Positions 51,000-64,000 of a stretch of DNA of 64,000 nucleotides are shown here, piece by piece (position 1 is the stretch's first letter; each line of letters starts with the position of its first letter). A program made the position numbers and the translations under genes. Origin of the DNA: Convolutriloba macropyga (Eukaryota); NCBI RefSeq assembly GCF_964194025.1, contig NC_134472.1, positions 49,414,001-49,478,000 on the forward strand, read 5' to 3'. The notes below the pieces were generated by a model. It ran no database searches. It was not told where the DNA came from and was given only the letters and a program-made list of their open reading frames with translations.

Positions 51000-52620
51000 G
51001 AAGCCGTGTATGTTATTAGTAAAAGATTATATGACCTATGTATTATTACTATTTTTTGTTAATTACCGGTAGGGATTCCTTAAGGATGAAGATCCTAAAT
51101 GACTTGGTGCATTTAATTGAATAATGCTCCACAGAAATATCCTGATACGTTGATAGGCCAGTCCTCTACTTTTGAAAAAAAAGAGTCTGGGGTGGTCATT
51201 ATTGGTTTTACATACACCATTGAGCCTCCTGTTAAAAGTAAAGCCCGGGTCGAGAAAAAATTGGAAAAATATGTGAGATAAGCGGTGAAATTTCAATTTT
51301 TAGCGATGAAATGTGGTGAACGCGGTAAAATTATGTAAGTTCACCGCTTACTCTAGTGGTGAAATTACATAAGTTAATCGCTTAAAAAAGTTTCAAAAAA
51401 GATGTTTGTGGGTAAAATTTCCGCGCATCTTTTAATAAATGTATCTTAACTTTGTTGAACAAAAGACAATTCGAAGCGTTTTCTAAGCGGTGAATTTATG
51501 TAATTTCACCACTAAGTTAAGCGGTGAATTGATGTAATTTCATTGCATACATCGCTTATCTTACATAATCAGGAATTTTTTCAAACCGGTAATTTTATGT
51601 GATTTCACCGCTTGATTTCATCGCTAAATTCAGCTGTGAAATTATGTATTTTCACCGCTTCCAGGCGATAAATGTTTTTCACCACATTCACCGCCTGATT
51701 TATATAATTTCACCGCATTCAACGCTTATCTTACACAATTTTTCGCATCCAGCGCTTATCTTATATAATTTTGAGTTGAATGGAGGTGACACCTCGACCC
51801 GGGAGCTGTATGTTTTCCATGGATGCGGCATCGTGTCTCTTTAGCTTTTTTTTGAAGGGTACGGTCTCCTCATATCTCATTTTGGTAGCAGACAATCTTT
51901 TCATGCTTTCTGTGGGATGAGAGAGCATCAACTTGTACTATGAAAGTGCTATTATCCACAAAGCAAGGCTAAATCAGCGTTGCAACTGGCCAATCCAACT
52001 TAACGGATAAAGGTTTGGTTGCAAACGACAGAAGAAATTTTTAAAAGTTTTTTTCAGGAGAGCGGGTTGTCTCAATTTGAAGTTTCCCTTAGTGTTCAGA
52101 GGGACTGCGTGTACTTTAGTACTTCCCACAATAATTTCATTATCCATGATCAGTTACTTTCTAGTAATTCCTAATTCCAATTTTCCTTTTTATGAGACAA
52201 AACCCCGGTTCTTTTTGTTAGAGATGGGTCAAAATGGAACCACTTGAAAAAATAAAACCAATGACTACTACCTTACATGAATATGAAAACGTTGAAAGTG
52301 TACGTAATTTTTTTTCGCTCAAGCTTAACATCTTTGGTCGAACTAAAATCAAGGATCAAATTTTGATTGTGCTAACATCGAGCAGCAAACTTGTGCCGAA
52401 GAAAAGCTCAGCGGCAGAACTTGGGTCGTGCTAAAATCCAGCTGTAAAGTAAAATATTGCATCGATCCAAAATCGAGAGCGTCTAAATTAAAGCTACAAA
52501 TCTTTTTATGTGTTATTGGGGGCGAGCAAGAGGCCTTTTCATGCCAGCTTTGGTCGAGCATCGTCGTTTTTCAAAAGTCTATACCTGAACAAGGGAAGCG
52601 TAGTTACTAATATGCTGCAT
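51000..52620 (-). pseudogene. Heavily decayed LINE RT/C-terminal remnant, interrupted by the MITE (duplicated at ~52960-54560)
   Basis: Only weak motifs: LQLDFS (DFSKAFD-like), GGTTCCATTTTGACCCA (GSILGP-like), LLTGGSMVY (ILLYGSxVW-like). Confidence 0.35.
51244..51803. mobile_element. CCC...GGG MITE related to 690-1259
   Basis: TIR CCCGGGTCGAG/CTCGACCCGGG, AG TSD, many GCGGTGAA/TTCACCGC motifs. Confidence 0.88.
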
Positions 52621-53200
52621 ATGCTGTGATCAACACATTACAAAAAAAATAAATTAAGTAAAAGACGTGAAGTTATAACAACGTGAAAATTTTAGGAAAA
52701 ACTCCGGAAAATGTGAATAAAAACAACGGAATTCACTCTACTTTTCTCGGAAGTTTAATCTCAATAACTCCCCGTAAAAAAACGAAAATAAAAAAAAAAT
52801 GAATTCCATATTCTCCGCTGGACGAGCTTTCTAATGATACCAGTCTCAACTCTCAACGATTAGTATATCGATCGGCGAAAATGGTCGGAGCAAAAAACCC
52901 ATTTGAGTATATAGTTCCTCCCCCCTCAACAGGGGTCGGAACAATTAAGCGACCAAGAAGCCATGTATGTTATTAGTAAAAGATTATATGACCTATGTAT
53001 GATTATTATTTTTTGTTAATTACCGGGAGGGATTCCTTAAGGATGAAGATCCTAAATGACTTGGTGCATTTAATTGAATAATGCTCCACAGAAATATCCT
53101 GATACGTTGATAGTCTAGTCCTCTACTTGTGAATAAAAAGAGTCTGGGGTGGTCATTTTTGGTTTTACATACACCATTGAGCCTACTGTTAAAAGTAAAG

Positions 53201-53748
53201 CCCGGGTCGAGAAAAAATTGGAAAAATATGTAAGTTAAGCGGTGAAATTACAAATTTTAGCGATGAAATGTGGTGAACGCGGTAAAATTATGTAAGTTCA
53301 CCGCTTACTCTAGTGGTGAAATTACATAAGTTAATCGCTTAAAAAAGTTTCAAAAAAGATGTTTGTGGGTAAAATTTCCACGCATCTTGTAATAAATGTA
53401 TCTTAACTTTGTTGAACAAAAGACAATTCGAAGCGTTTTCTAAGCGGTGAATTTATGTAATTTCACCACTAAGTTAAGCGGTGAATTGATGTAATTTCAT
53501 TGCATTCACCGCTTATCTTACATAATCAGGACTTTTATTCAAACCGGTAAATTTATGTGATTACACCGCTAAATTCAGCTGTGAAATTATGTATTTTCAC
53601 CGCTTCCAGGCGATAAAGGTTTTTCATCGCATTCACCGCCTGATTTATATAATTTCACCGCATTCAACGCTTATCTTACACAATTTTTCGCATCCAGCGC
53701 TTACCTTATATAATTTTGAGTTGAATGGCGGTGACACCTCGACCCGGG
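53201..53748. mobile_element. Second copy of the same MITE, produced by the tandem duplication
   Basis: Same TIR, same AG TSD and same flanks as 51244-51803. Confidence 0.88.
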
Positions 53749-54653
53749 AGCTAAATGTTTTCCATGGATGCGGCATCGTGTCTCTTTAGCATGTTTTTGA
53801 AGGGTACGGTCTCCTCATACCTCATTTTGGTAGCAGACAATCTTTTCATGCTTTTTGTGGGATGAGAGAGCATCAACTTGTACTATGAAAGTGCTATTAT
53901 CCATAAAGCAAGGCTAAATCAGCGTTGCAACTGGCCAATCCAACTTAACGGATAAAGGTTTGCTTGCAAACGACAGAAGAAGTTTTTTTCAGGAGAACGG
54001 GTTGTCTCAATTTGAAATTTCCCTTAGTGTTCAGAGGGACTGCGTGTACTTTAGTACTTCCCACAATAATTTCATTATCCATGATCAGTTACTTTTTAGT
54101 AATTCGTAATTCCATTTTTCCCTTTAATGAGACAAAACCCCGGTTCATTTTGTTAGAGATGGGTCAAAATGGAACCACTTGAAGAAATAAAACCAATGCC
54201 TACTACCTTACATGAATATGAAAACGTTGAAAGTGTACGTAATTTTTTTTCGCTCAAGCTTGACATCTTTGGTCGTACTAAAATCAAGGATCAAATTTTG
54301 ATTGAGCTAACATCGAGCAGCAAACTTGTGCCGAAGAAAAACTCAGCGGCAGAACTTGGGTCGTGCTAAAATCCAGCTGTAAAGTAAAATATTGCGTCGA
54401 TCCAAAATCGAGAGCGTCTAAATTAAAGCTACAAATCTTTTTATGTGTTATTGAGGGCGAGCAAGAGGCCTTTTCATGCCAGCTTTGGTCGAGCATCGTC
54501 GTTTATAAGAAGTCTATACCTGAACAAGGGAAGTGTAGTTACTCATATGCTTCATATGCTGTGATCAACACATTACAAAAAATAATAAATTAAGTAAAAG
54601 ACGTGAAGTTATAACAATTAGTATAATTGCTAGGTGGGAATATGCGCTGTATA

Positions 54654-55469
54654 CCGTAGTTGAAAACACCGACCAAAATCGACAAAAATTTGTAAGAAAT
54701 CTTCGGTATCTTTGGTTTCAAAAGTATGTTCGGTTGGGTCAGTGTCGTCGGTTATGAACGTAAGAAAGAATCAGTATGGTTGTTTGTAGACGCAAGAGAG
54801 ATTCCGTATGTTCAGTTTTGGAAAATTAGGTATGTTCGGTATTTAAGCGTAAGAGGTCGCCGGTATGTACGGTTTTAGACATAAGAAAGCGTCAGTTTTT
54901 CCCACCGGAAAAATTGTTTTTTTTTCTGTATTCTTTTTTTTAAATTCTTTTTTTAGCTCTTTTTTTTATAGCTCATTAATTCTTTTTTTTTAGCTCATTA
55001 GCAAAAATAATTGAATGAGTATAAGTTCCTTGGTTAATTTTGAATTCAAAAATCTAACAGAATTATTGAACGCTGATGAGAATTCTGTTGATCAATTGGC
55101 ATTAACTGGAATTGGCAGTTTTGATATAATTTCTTGCAGTTTGTAAACAAAGTTTTTGAGGTTGGTTGCGTTTCAAAACGCCCAGTGCCGATCGTTTTCA
55201 ATATTCGGTCCGCTGGACTAATCTGCGTTTCAGAACCGGAGCCTAAAAAAATCCTGGTGTTTCTCTAAAAGATGGGTGTTTCTCCAGGTGTTTCTCCTCT
55301 TCAAGTCGAACCTCACTTAAGTTTATGAACGACAATACCTAATCTGTCCTTCGTTTAAAAACGACGATACCGACACAAAGTCTTAGGAAATTTTATCATT
55401 TTTGGCTAGAAAAGACCAACGATACCGACGATTTCTTGTGTTTAAAAACCGAAAATTTGTCAACTACTG
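54654..55469. mobile_element. MITE with TA flanks and C(C/A)GTAGTTGA TIR
   Basis: TA|CCGTAGTTGAAAA...TTTGTCAACTACTG|TA; subterminal CGGTAT/ATACCG motifs. Superfamily uncertain (Tc1/mariner-like or CMC). Confidence 0.75.
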
Positions 55470-56477
55470 TAATAACTTATTGGGTTTGAAATTGGAGCCG
55501 CTGGAAAAAAATTGTTGTGGTTTGATGGCATGGCTGATCTTCGATGAGACAAATGGATAATAGTTAATGAGCTTCTGCTATGTTTTTCTGTGGTTGTGTT
55601 TTTATGTGTTCGATCCAGAGGCACCATTTCGCAATGTATTTCCACTTTAGTCCAGTCTTCTGTGGTTTTTACCTTTACAAGGAAAAATGTCCGTCTGAAA
55701 CGATCAATTAATTACCTTTCGATAGCAGATGTTTACCAGGTTTCTTTGGAAACGGACAAAAAATTTCGATAAATATTCTGAAAAAAAAAATGAAATGAAT
55801 GATTAAGCTAAATTTTGTGTTTCAATTAACCAAATAGTATACAAAATAAAAGAAAAATTCCTATCAGTAATATCTTTTGGCAGTAAAGATCTTCCTTAGT
55901 TAGACTGCTTACTATAATCACTTAAAATGTAAATTTTGTTTTCTTTGTCTGATTCATGATACAGAACTGATTCCGTTTTAAATCACCGTTGAAACGTATC
56001 GTGGAACAGTCAGTGAAGAACAAAACATATCCATTGAAAACAAGACACAACTGAGATCAAACTTCGACAATAATACCAAAAATAAAAAAATTCTATAAAT
56101 TTCATTGTATTTTCTACATAAATTTAATTTTGCTTCCACTTAAGAACAAGTAGAAACAGCAACTAAAATTGAAGTGAACAACTGAGCTGAATTTTTTATT
56201 GTATATATATAAGTGTTTTGATCATATGATCCAAAAACATGTAGAGCAGCAAACAAGCAATCCAGGAAGAGAATATTGTTTATTTGGGATTAACGATTTC
56301 GTAGAAGAACTGCCTAGCAAAGAATTTATAGTTGCATACAGTATTTATACAGCATGCAGAATATACAGTAACATTATCTTAAAATCGGATGCTTAGATGA
56401 TCAACTGTAATTTGAAAAATGCTTTAAGAATCGGTATTTGTCTCAACGAATGTTTCCAACATTAGTCTCTTCATTCA

Positions 56478-56961
56478 TGTCATACGGTATGGATAAATCA
56501 TCATATATCCATAACTGTTTTTAGTTCAGTTTTACCCATTTGAAGGACAAGTGCTTGTGTTATTTAGTTTAGTTTCAGTTCATTCAAATCTTCATCACTT
56601 CTTGTCTGTTCATTCTGTCTGTGCAGGAAATTGTCTGTTCAACTTCTAAACAATTCTTGCAGTTCCTTCCTGTCTTGTGATTATGTTATGAACAAAACTT
56701 TCAATTTCTAAATTGTACTTATTTTAATCATCGTCTCATTTGCATGCTGAAAATCAGTTCTAATTTAAATCTAGAAATCCGCTTTTCAATTGAACTCAGT
56801 TGAATAGAATAGTGGCAATCGAGCCGCGATTGACTAAGTTGACAATTAGAAAATCTAATTGTAATCAGTGAATTGCCATTTGTGACGCAACTGCCGAAAC
56901 TGATTTGGACTAAAAGCATCCGCAACTCGATTGGAACAATTTGTCGTACTTGGGTATAGCA
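56478..56961 (+). repeat. Gypsy 5' LTR
   Basis: TGTCATACGG...GGGTATAGCA; direct repeat of 63201-63686. Confidence 0.93.
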
Positions 56962-58080
56962 TGGCGCAGTCAGCAGCTGAATCAAAGGAGACGCTTCTTC
57001 ATGTAGAGGCATTTTGGGAGAAGCCTACTGCCACTCCCTCATTGACGTCGGACAAATGGACTCAACAGTGGAAGCTAGCCTTGCTAGCAAAAGAAGAAAT
57101 TCAACTCGACAACCTACTAAACGATCCACCAACAGCGGTAACATACCCACCCGAGCCAGCTTACGAGGAACCAGTGGAAAATCATACACGAGCGACGGAA
57201 AGAGATAGAAGAATCCGAAACCAACAACTCAAGGTAAATTTGAAAAATCGCTGCAAAAAAATCGAGGAAATAGGTATCTTATGCGGAGATAAATTTTGGG
57301 GGATTTGTGAGCAAAAATCGATCGTATTTGATTGTATTTGAGTTTTGGGACGGATGGACGACGTATCTTTAAAAGCAAACATCCTCACTTCCAAATAGAA
57401 AAACAACCATTTAAAGAACTATGACAAGCAATGGAGGATTCCTTTACAAAAGTAAGGAATATAACCTACATCCGCTTTGTTTTCTACTCATGTAAACAAC
57501 AGAAAGGTGAATCTGTCGAAAGTTTCTACGGTCGTTTAATCGAACAATCCGAAAACTGTAGTCTCGGAAGTGATGAAACGAGTCTAATTCGAGACACCTT
57601 CTTACTAAACATGACAGATCATGAAACCCAAAAGGAGTTGTTAAAGGAAACAGTTTAACCATCGAAAGCGCTTGAAAAAGCAGTCCAGATGGAGATGGGG
57701 GTACAAAACCAGCAAAAAATTAATCAAAATTCAATTTCAGCTACAAACTCAACAACTACCAGTTACGCAATCGCAACCCGAAAACCCAACAACTTAAACG
57801 AGATTTCACGCGATACGCAACCGTGCCCCAAAACTACCAATACAACAGCATCTGTACGAATTGCGGCCTCAGATGGAGTCACAATCATTGACAAATTTGT
57901 CCCGCAAATGGAAAAAAGTGTAACAGTTGCGGAATAATTGGTCACTTTTTGAGAAAATGTCGAAAGCCAAAACGATCACAAGGACAAACACATAAAACTC
58001 CTCAAACAAACGTCAATCAGATTGATAAGTCTCCCGAAAAAAGTGACGACGAAGAACCTGTTAACTACATAACTAGTTAA
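56961..58080 (+). pseudogene. gag: Gypsy gag, fragmented
   Basis: MAQSAAES...; FYSCKQQKGESVESFYGRL...IRDTF; knuckles CTNCG..H*..C and CNSCGIIGHFLRKC; several stops and frameshifts. Confidence 0.85.
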
Positions 58081-58137
58081 CAGCAATTATACGATCAAGT
58101 ATACGATTCAAACTATGAGAGTGACTCTGACGACTAC

Positions 58138-61100
58138 GTGGCGGCAATCTCAACCGATTTGGCAAATCAGCTCGAACCTCTAAACGTCAAAGTACATTTC
58201 GGCGAAGTAAAAGCAAACGCTATGATTGACTCCGGGATTGCGGTTAGTCTCATAACGAAAACACTAGCAAACCAAATAATTCGAACTACAAAATCTGCGA
58301 AATGGATCATCAAGAAAGAAAAGCGGGATCTCAAAACATTTTCAAACGAACCGATTCAAGTTCTGGGACATCTGGAGACAACAGTTGCATACAATAACTG
58401 GACTGATAGAGAAGCCATTCTGACAGTGCTGGACAACGGTCACAAGATCATCATTGGAAGAGAACTCTTCCCAAGCCTTGGCCTCGCAGTAGTACAACAA
58501 CACCAATCGGAGAACGGTAAATGTGTTAATAACATTAATAATTCCGCATGCAAAATTAAAGAGACAATCGCGGCGCAATTTTCTCACTTAGTATCAAGAA
58601 TTGGTCTGTCCAAAACATATGTAGCGAAATCAAATTTTCATCAAAAGTTCACAGCAAAGCATCAAAAAGGTCGGCGCGTACCAATAATTCTACAACCTAG
58701 AGTCACGGCAGAATTAGAACGTTTACAGAATGAAGATCATATTGAAAAATTATCTAGTTGCTCCGACGAACATTTCATATCTCCGATCGTAATTACAGTA
58801 AAGAAAGATCAATCTATAAAACTGGCATTAGACTCTAAATTACAAAACAAAGCAATACACAAAATTAAATATCAAATGCCAAACATTGAAATGTTAATCG
58901 ATACAATATCACAACACCTTACTAACACTCAAAATGGCCAACAGGCATATTTCACCACGTTAGATCTAAAATATGCATATAGTCAATTGAATCTACACCA
59001 TGACACTGCAAAACACTCTAATTTCAACATTATCTGTGGGGAATCCACCGGCTTTTATAGATTCAAAACTGGATTCTACGGTCTTACTGACATGCCGGCA
59101 GAATTTCAGAAAGCAATGGACTACACTTTAGTAGGTTTACCAAACACTTATTGCTTTTTAGACGACATCATAATAGTTAGTACCGGAACTGAAACAGATC
59201 ATTTGGCATATGTTACAAAATGCTTAAAAAAGTTGGACGAAGACAATTTAAGACTAAATCTCCAAAAATGCCATTTTGCGAAAACAGAAATAGACTGGTT
59301 AGGATATAAATTTACACAAACTAGAATATCACCATTAGAAAGCAAAACTGCAGCAATACTAACAATACCACCACCAACAACACTCAAACTCCTTCGATCC
59401 TTTCTCGGGTCAGTACATTATGTAGGTAAGTTCAGACCACACTTAGCAAAATTATGTCATCCATTTAGACCACTTCTAAAAAAATCTATAAAGTTTGTTT
59501 GGACGGAGGAACACACCAAACATTTTAATTTAATAAAAGAAAAATTTGCCAACTGCACAGAAAATAGCCATTACAATCCAAAATTCGGTGTTCGAGTTAA
59601 ATGTGACGCTTCACGTTCTGGATTGGGTGCAACACTAGAGCAAAATACACCCGAAGGTTGGAAACCGATAGCATTTGCGTCACAATTCCTCAACTCAACA
59701 GAAGAACGTTACAGTGTTAATGAACTAGAACTATTGGGAATAGTCTGTTCCATTGACTATTTCAAGTACTACCTATATGGAAAAAATTTTACGGTAGTAA
59801 CGGACCATCGAGCACTATTGTCTATTCTAAAAGAGCACAGACTGAATAAATCAAACAATAGTCGACTCTTTAGATGGATAGATAGATTACTTCCATACAA
59901 CTTCACAATCGAACACATGCCGGGAGCAAAAGTGGGTTCAGTCGACTACATATTTAGAAACCCATTTGCAAGAGCTAAAAAATATCCACATATGACGAAC
60001 ACTTTGTGGTAGCTACAATATCTAAAATTCGCAATTCATTGGAAAATCTAATTAAAAATAAACAGAACGCATTAAAAAAATTAGTAGCATATTAAAGTTA
60101 CATTCGCCTACATTTCATTCAAAACAGTCATTCGCACAGCAAATGCCTACACCACTAATTACTAATTCACAAATTAGTACTAAACCACTAGCATCACAAT
60201 TACTACCTTCTCACTTTGACTACCACCTACGAACACTTTGGGGTAGCTACAATATCTAAAATTCGCAATTCATTGAAAAATCTGATTAAAAATAAACAGA
60301 ACGCATTAAAAAAAATTAATAGCATATTAAAGTTACATTCGCCTACATTTCATTCAAAACAGTCATTCGCACAGCAAATGCCTACACCACTAAATACTAA
60401 TTCACAAATTAGTACTAAACCACTCGCATCACAATTACTACCTTCTCAAAAGAAAGTACCATTCGCGTCGCAATGTACACTTTCAAATTCAACAATTAAT
60501 CCGCATTTAAATTCTCCATTCGCGTCGCAAATACCCCTTAAAGTTAGTAAATCACAATTTGTACTAAAAAACTGTAAAGTGAATAATTCACATTCCATTA
60601 ACAAAGTTGATGCAAAAGAGGTGCAAATGTCAGACAGTAAAGAATGTGAACACTCTGAACAATTGTACCCAATAAAGCCCATTAATGGTATTAAGTCAAA
60701 AAATCCACCTGAAATTGCTAAATTGATCGCGAAAACACTAATTCCGAAGTATAAATACCACTCGCAAAAGAATGGCTTGCATTTTGCCCAAAATAGATCC
60801 ACAATTCACTTAACCTTGAATAATTCTATCAAAACACTTCACGTAAGTAATTCAGTCAATCATATGAACAAAATGCAAAAAACTAAAGCTACTCGATCGA
60901 AATCTACCCCATCGAAGGCGAGAGTAACATTCTCTGTTACAACTCCTTCTACACCCGGCACTCATACATCATCTAACACCAAGACCCCTTCAGGCAGTTT
61001 AATTGAGGTGGCAGATGACATCTTCTTCACCGAAACGCTATATAAAGTATTTAGCAGAAAAATCTTGGCTATACTCACTGGGAAAGACGCGATTCTCAAG

Positions 61101-63069
61101 GAGGTGAGAGACTGCGTAATACGAGACGACCCCGATAGGCTTCGAGAAATAAGTCCCTACCTTTGCTCCTTTACTGGCGAGAACTTAGTGTAAAGCATGG
61201 CTGTGTCTGTCTTGACGAGCGAATAGCAATTCCGAAAATTATAAAGGACGCAGTACTTGAGGACATACATTCCCGGGAGCCATGCTTTCACTTGCGCAGT
61301 GCATTTGGTGGCCATACATCCATCGGGATATACTAGCAAAAGCCAGCGAGTGCAAAGCTTGCACGGATATAGGTAAGAATCTTAAATCAGTGATTCCGCA
61401 CCGCAAATGAGCACCTTTACCAAAATGCGTCGAACCGAATGACGAAATACAAATAGAATTTGGTGGACCAATAATTATTGAAAAAGGTATAGAACAGTAT
61501 TTCATTACAAGTGTAGACAGATACTCATAATATCCCACAGCAGAAAATGTAAATAACGCCTCCGGTACAAATATAATCAAATTTCTTAATTAATATATAA
61601 TCACGGAGTACCTAGAGCAATTAGATTAGATTAAGCAAGATGATTTACAGGAAAAAAGTTTGAAAAAATCTGCACAAAAAACATTACACCTATGTTTGCA
61701 CCAGCAAACGACCATCAAGCAATTGGTCTAGTAGAACGCCTTATTCAAACAACTAAACGACAATTATTTTGCATGGAATCACAATTAAACAAAAATTTTA
61801 ACTTAGAACATTCACTATATGCAATTATACAACGACTGAGAATTTCAAAACAAAAAACAATAGACATCACACCATTCGAAGCACATTTTGGTAGAAAATG
61901 TAATACACCTATTTACTATATTTATTAATATTACCACTAAACCTAACAACAAAAAATTAAATAACACTAATATAATTAAACATTATTTAGATGAAGACAC
62001 GATACCCGGCCGTGTGTATTTAATGGAGGAACAAGGGGCAGATACAGCCCTATGCTCGGACACTGAGTTCGAGGAAGTCATTTGTGCCGCAAATGCCCGC
62101 GAAAGAAAATAAGAACAGAAAATGAAAGACGGAGAGCAACGATTGATCAAATCAGAAGCAGTTTCGGGGCCATTTCCGTGTTCGGAAAGAAGCATCCAAG
62201 TAAAATTAGCCAGAAAACTACACGAAAGCCAGCGACAAAAGAAGAACCTTGATGGACTGTATGAAGTGCTTGCTCCCGGAAGCACGGTGTGCAAAGTCAG
62301 CCCAACCACACGCGTTATCAATGAGCCAAATCGTCAAGAGGTTCGGGTCCGAAATTCGGATATCGCGAAGTTTGGCACCAAAGCAGAACGCGATACAGAA
62401 CTTACACAGTACATAGAGAGAAGACCAAAAAAGATATACGAAAAAACGATCGAGCAGAAAATCAACAAACATAGACGAGACTTGAAAAACACCGGGCACA
62501 AAAAGATCACGAGAAATAGAAAACAGGCTGATGACATTAGTGTAGTATCTTCCGGAAGATCTTGTATCTCTTCAGCTAGTAATGTGGCACGCTCTCTAAA
62601 AATGAGAATTCCGAAGTGAAATCCCAATCATGACGAAGCTGTCATCAATAGACCTGACCTTACTCAAATACTAAATTTCAGCCCATCTGTTCCAATTGCG
62701 CCGCCTCCACCTAATCCAAATAAAGCAGGGCCATCCGTGGTACAAATGACCACTCCGCAAATACCCACTCCAATTTTAAGAAAAACAAGCAAACGACAGC
62801 TAACTATAAGCGACACGTCTGACTCTGATACGTTCGTGAGAATGAGCAAAAGGACACTTAAACAAAAGAAGTCATCACAGTCGTTAGTGGAGAAAATTAG
62901 AAATACAGAAGGATACTCAACGGAAATCCCTGACTCTAATACTGACTCTATTGGACAGGTTTCGCAACGAAACCCTAACGAAAGGTGGACAGAAGACCCA
63001 AACCCAAATCTCCCAAGAGAACTGACGGTCTTGCAAGCAGAAAATGAAGAAAACTCAGAATCCGATTAA
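58138..63069 (+). pseudogene. pol: Gypsy pol (PR, RT, RNase H open to 60012; integrase and C-terminal extension fragmented)
   Basis: MIDSG protease; LDLKYAYSQ, FLDDII RT; CDAS, YSVNELELL, TDHRAL RNase H; CKAC, GLVERLIQT, TPFEAHFGR integrase remnants. Confidence 0.92.
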
Positions 63070-63200
63070 AAACTCATTGAATTTTTATGAACTCTTTATA
63101 TTTTAAATATTATCTAATATTTTATTATTTATGTAATCGGTGAATGGTTGTTAATTTTCTGATTTTATATACTAATTTTCTTTTTCCCAACAAGGGGAAA

Positions 63201-63686
63201 TGTCATTCGGTATGGATAAGTCATCATATATCCATAACCGTATTTTGGTTCAGTTTTACCCATTTGAAGGGCAAGTGCTTGTGTTATTTAGTTTAGTTTC
63301 AGTTCATTCAAATCTTCATCACTTCCTGTCTGTTCATGCTGTCTGTGCAGGAAATTTTCTGTTCAACTTATAAACAAATCTTGCAGTTCCTTCCTGTCTT
63401 GTGATTATGTTATGAACAAAACTTTCATTTCCTAAATTGTACTTATTTTAATCATTCTCTCATTTGCACTGCTGAAAATTAGTTCTAATTTAAATCTAGT
63501 AATCCGCTTTTGAATTGGACTCAGTTGAATAGAATAGTGCCAATCGCACCGCGATTGACTCAGCTGACAATTAGAAAATCTAATTGTAGTCAGTGAATTG
63601 CCATTTGGGGCGCAAATGCCTAAACTGATTTGGACTATAAGCATTCGCAACTTGGTTGGAACAATCTGTCGTACTTGGGTATAACA
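63201..63686 (+). repeat. Gypsy 3' LTR
   Basis: TGTCATTCGG...GGGTATAACA, directly after the PPT. Confidence 0.93.
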
Positions 63687-64000
63687 ATGCATAATAAGGT
63701 ACAATTTCTCTTCATCTAATAGCAAAAATAGTGGCTATAACTCTTTCACTCATTTTAGATTATTGCGCCGCAAAACGTGCATGAAAACAAACAAATTTTG
63801 ATGCACTTGTTGGAATAATTCACGGCCAAAGTTATCAGTTTTAGAGTTACAAGCGAGCGTGAAAACGGTGACAGTAAGGCGAATTTAGTTCAAATTTTGT
63901 GAAATGTTGGAAACATGCGTCAAATTTAAACCACAATTTGGGTTTTTGAGCTACAGTCGAACGGAAACTGCTCAAAAATTCAAATTAAGTAGAAATCAAA

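Larger units (their letters stand above)
50736..54617. repeat. Tandem duplication of ~1.94 kb (50736-52681 and 52687-54617)
   Basis: Near-identical copies (roughly 95-97% by eye; duplicated ORFs in the track). Each contains a Helentron end, a MITE and LINE-like remnants. Confidence 0.95.
56478..63686 (+). mobile_element. Gypsy/Ty3 LTR retrotransposon (Mag-like), full length but decayed
   Basis: LTRs 56478-56961 and 63201-63686 (TG...CA, roughly 90-93% identical by eye); TSD ATTCA/ATGCA (one mismatch); PBS TGGCGCAGTCAGCAG (tRNA-Ser-like); PPT AACAAGGGGAAA; PR-RT-RH-IN order. Confidence 0.95.

Overview
AT-rich, intron-containing eukaryotic (invertebrate animal-like) DNA dominated by transposable elements. 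All calls are by-eye reading and manual translation; no searches were run. From left to right: (1) the 5' part of a spliced minus-strand host gene missed by the ORF track (signal peptide, PAN-like region, EGF, fucolectin/F5-8-like; six phase-1 exons, 1-8733). (2) A young, full-length BEL/Pao LTR retrotransposon (9928-20012, 437-bp LTRs, TGTAG TSD) with two inactivating lesions. (3) Many non-autonomous DNA elements: CCC...GGG MITEs with 2-bp TSDs, TA-flanked MITEs, and a DINE-1/Helentron-like family in four copies. (4) A decayed CR1/L2-type LINE. (5) A ~4.9-kb satellite of ~180-bp monomers with higher-order structure. (6) The most interesting region, ~40.2-48.6 kb on the minus strand: a decayed EnSpm/CACTA-type transposase directly preceded by a SUV4-20/Set9 (H4K20 methyltransferase)-like SET domain, plus co-oriented BEN-domain and SGNH-hydrolase pseudogenes. 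These are separated by repeats resembling the adjacent satellite, making the block a candidate transposon carrying its own chromatin-writing module. (7) A ~1.94-kb tandem duplication and an older Gypsy (Mag-like) LTR element (56478-63686). No rRNA, tRNA or CRISPR array is supported.
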